Notes under the pieces: model-generated
The model's input: the letters and a program-made list of their open reading frames with translations, nothing else
The model's database searches: none
Told to the model about the DNA's origin: nothing
Translations under genes and position numbers: made by a program
Assembly (NCBI GenBank): GCA_036172245.1
Contig: JAYWIR010000031.1
Span: 2,046,001 to 2,110,000, forward strand
Direction: 5' to 3'
Origin: Raillietiella orientalis
Lineage: Eukaryota
Length of the DNA stretch: 64,000 nucleotides
Shown: positions 62,554 through 64,000 of the stretch, one piece after another
How the letters are laid out: every line of letters begins with the position of its first letter
How positions within the stretch are numbered: the first letter of the stretch is position 1

Positions 62554-62727
62554 CAGCTAAGAAACCTTGTATTTGCTGTACTATTGTTTTGCACTGTGTG
62601 CACCGTATGTCTTTATAAAATTTCCGTGTTTTTACCTATACAAGCCAAAACGCGCTTATAAAGCGTTCAAGACATCACCCAACGTCAAATTTTGGCATAA
62701 AGAGTACAATAACTAGCAACTACAGGT
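62554..62727. repeat. Probable Wolbachia-type intergenic palindromic repeat
   Basis: Non-coding stretch containing CCTATACAAGCCAAAACGCGCTTATAAAGCGTT (imperfect AACGC-GCTT/AAGCGTT palindrome) and AATAACTAGC. It resembles, from memory, dispersed intergenic repeats of Wolbachia genomes and lies between two clear bacterial gene fragments. Confidence 0.5.
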
Positions 62728-62732
62728 TTTAT

Positions 62733-62950
62733 TATTGGACAATAAACCAGTTGACAGAATTTTTGCGCAACTATAAAAATACACCAGAAAAGTTTCATCA
62801 GGTTTTCATTATTGACTCCAGAATGGAGCCTATAGGAAGCGTCCATTTAAAAAAGGTAATATATCTCACTCAAGCGAAACACCAATGAAAGAGATAATGA
62901 ATCAGGACATAAAAATCATTAAAACTGGAATAGACCAAGAGGAAGTAGCA
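62733..62950 (+). pseudogene. mgtE: Fragment of bacterial magnesium transporter mgtE (CBS-domain pair), frameshifted
   Basis: YWTINQLTEFLRNYKNTPEKFHQVFIIDSRMEPIGSVHLKKVI, an extra TA at ~62860, then SHSSETPMKEIMNQDIKIIKTGIDQEEVA*. This matches the MgtE pattern WTV...LR...YVVD...G.V.L..L...V.EIM...DQEEVA. It is absent from the ORF track. Confidence 0.85.
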
Positions 62951-63638
62951 TGATTCGTATTTTTTTGTTCGTACCATCGCAAGAGCCAAAATTATGATGC
63001 CAAAGTCCTACATCCGTTTGTCAGCTGGACAGTAGAAAATGTCGGGTGAACTACAAGCATTATGTTTCCTTGATGGCGCTACCCCTTCAACGTCGAGCAC
63101 TGCAAATGGATCTTTTCGAATATATTGTTTTCTTTACAGGAATCAAGAAAATTCACTGCATCGTCTCTTGAGAGCCCCACAGTGGTTTGGGTTAAATCAT
63201 TAGTGTCAAAACTAAAAAAACATTAGTGACAAAATGCAGAAGGTTGAAAATTATTTTTTTAAAGAATGCATAATAAATAATCGTTTTTCATATAGGTTTA
63301 TATTTGAATGAAAAAAATCCTGGATCATGTGTTCTGATTAAATATCTATTATAGTCAACCTCTGCGTAGATATATTTCTAGTATATGTATTCCTAAAATC
63401 TAATCCTGTTGTATGCTTTGTATGATTTCGTAGAAGTGAAGACTTTTTAATTAGAAGTAAACAGAATGCGAAATGCATATCAACTGAAATCGGGATTTTT
63501 CCATCGTAAAAAGACTCATTTTCCTAACCAGTAACTTTCTTTTTTTTGCCCGGAAGCTCTAAGTCATTATGATATCAATGTACCTGTTGGCGTTTTGAAA
63601 GTCTATGTTGAATTCTTGCTTCGTTTTGTCCATATATA

Positions 63639-64000
63639 ATGGCTAATAGTCTGACGCTGAAGGCAATATGTACAAAAGTCATGAAATCGCAACTACACCA
63701 CACTCGTATACTTCGGTATATAGAGATGATGTTAGGAAGGTTCACCCACATGACCCGCGATGTGTGGATCAACCACAACGACCTCGCGTGGTCTAGGGGG
63801 ACCAAAATAAACCTCCGAAGACTCATCAAAAAAGAGGACCGAGACATCAGTGCCCTCCAAGAAGCCGCCGATCGCTACGGGAGTGACCGGATCAACCTGT
63901 TAGCGATCGGAACTACGCTCTGGAGGAGTGACCTTCCGCCGGACACGCAGGACAACCTCCTGATGTTTTATCATGGAGGAATCCAAAGCGGGTCCAGTAC
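63639..64000 (+). mobile_element. Probable non-LTR retrotransposon (LINE) APE-like endonuclease N-terminal fragment; frame is open off the window end
   Basis: GC content rises abruptly from ~63735. The open frame reads ...WINHNDLAWSRGTKINLRRLIKKEDRDISALQEAADRYG..., resembling the APE/EEP motif 'L..LI....PDI.ALQET'. Confidence 0.5.

Overview
Eukaryotic (animal, most likely arthropod) AT-rich nuclear DNA, gene-dense, with many very short introns (about 36-60 nt) plus some 0.3-2 kb introns. Seven conserved spliced genes can be traced exon by exon: SF3B2 (+), BAG6 (+), RAPGEF1/C3G (-), SMC4 (-), NCKAP1/Hem (+), ALKBH7 (-) and USP7 (-). There is also a probable uncharacterised spliced gene on the minus strand between SF3B2 and BAG6. 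The most notable accessory feature is a ~950-bp scrambled mosaic of decayed bacterial (Wolbachia-like) DNA about 1.2 kb upstream of USP7. It joins an ATGA-coupled membrane-protein gene piece, a dnaA piece, an intergenic repeat and an mgtE piece, and is followed by a probable non-LTR retrotransposon endonuclease fragment. Other observations: a small-subunit rRNA fragment that is probably mitochondrial (NUMT), a degenerate chromodomain relic, a GC-AG intron, a candidate poison exon in SF3B2, twin uORFs before SMC4, tightly convergent gene ends, and exon-like antisense segments nested in SMC4 introns. No CRISPR array, tRNA or intact prokaryotic system was seen. Family assignments come from recognising protein motifs by eye, not from database searches.
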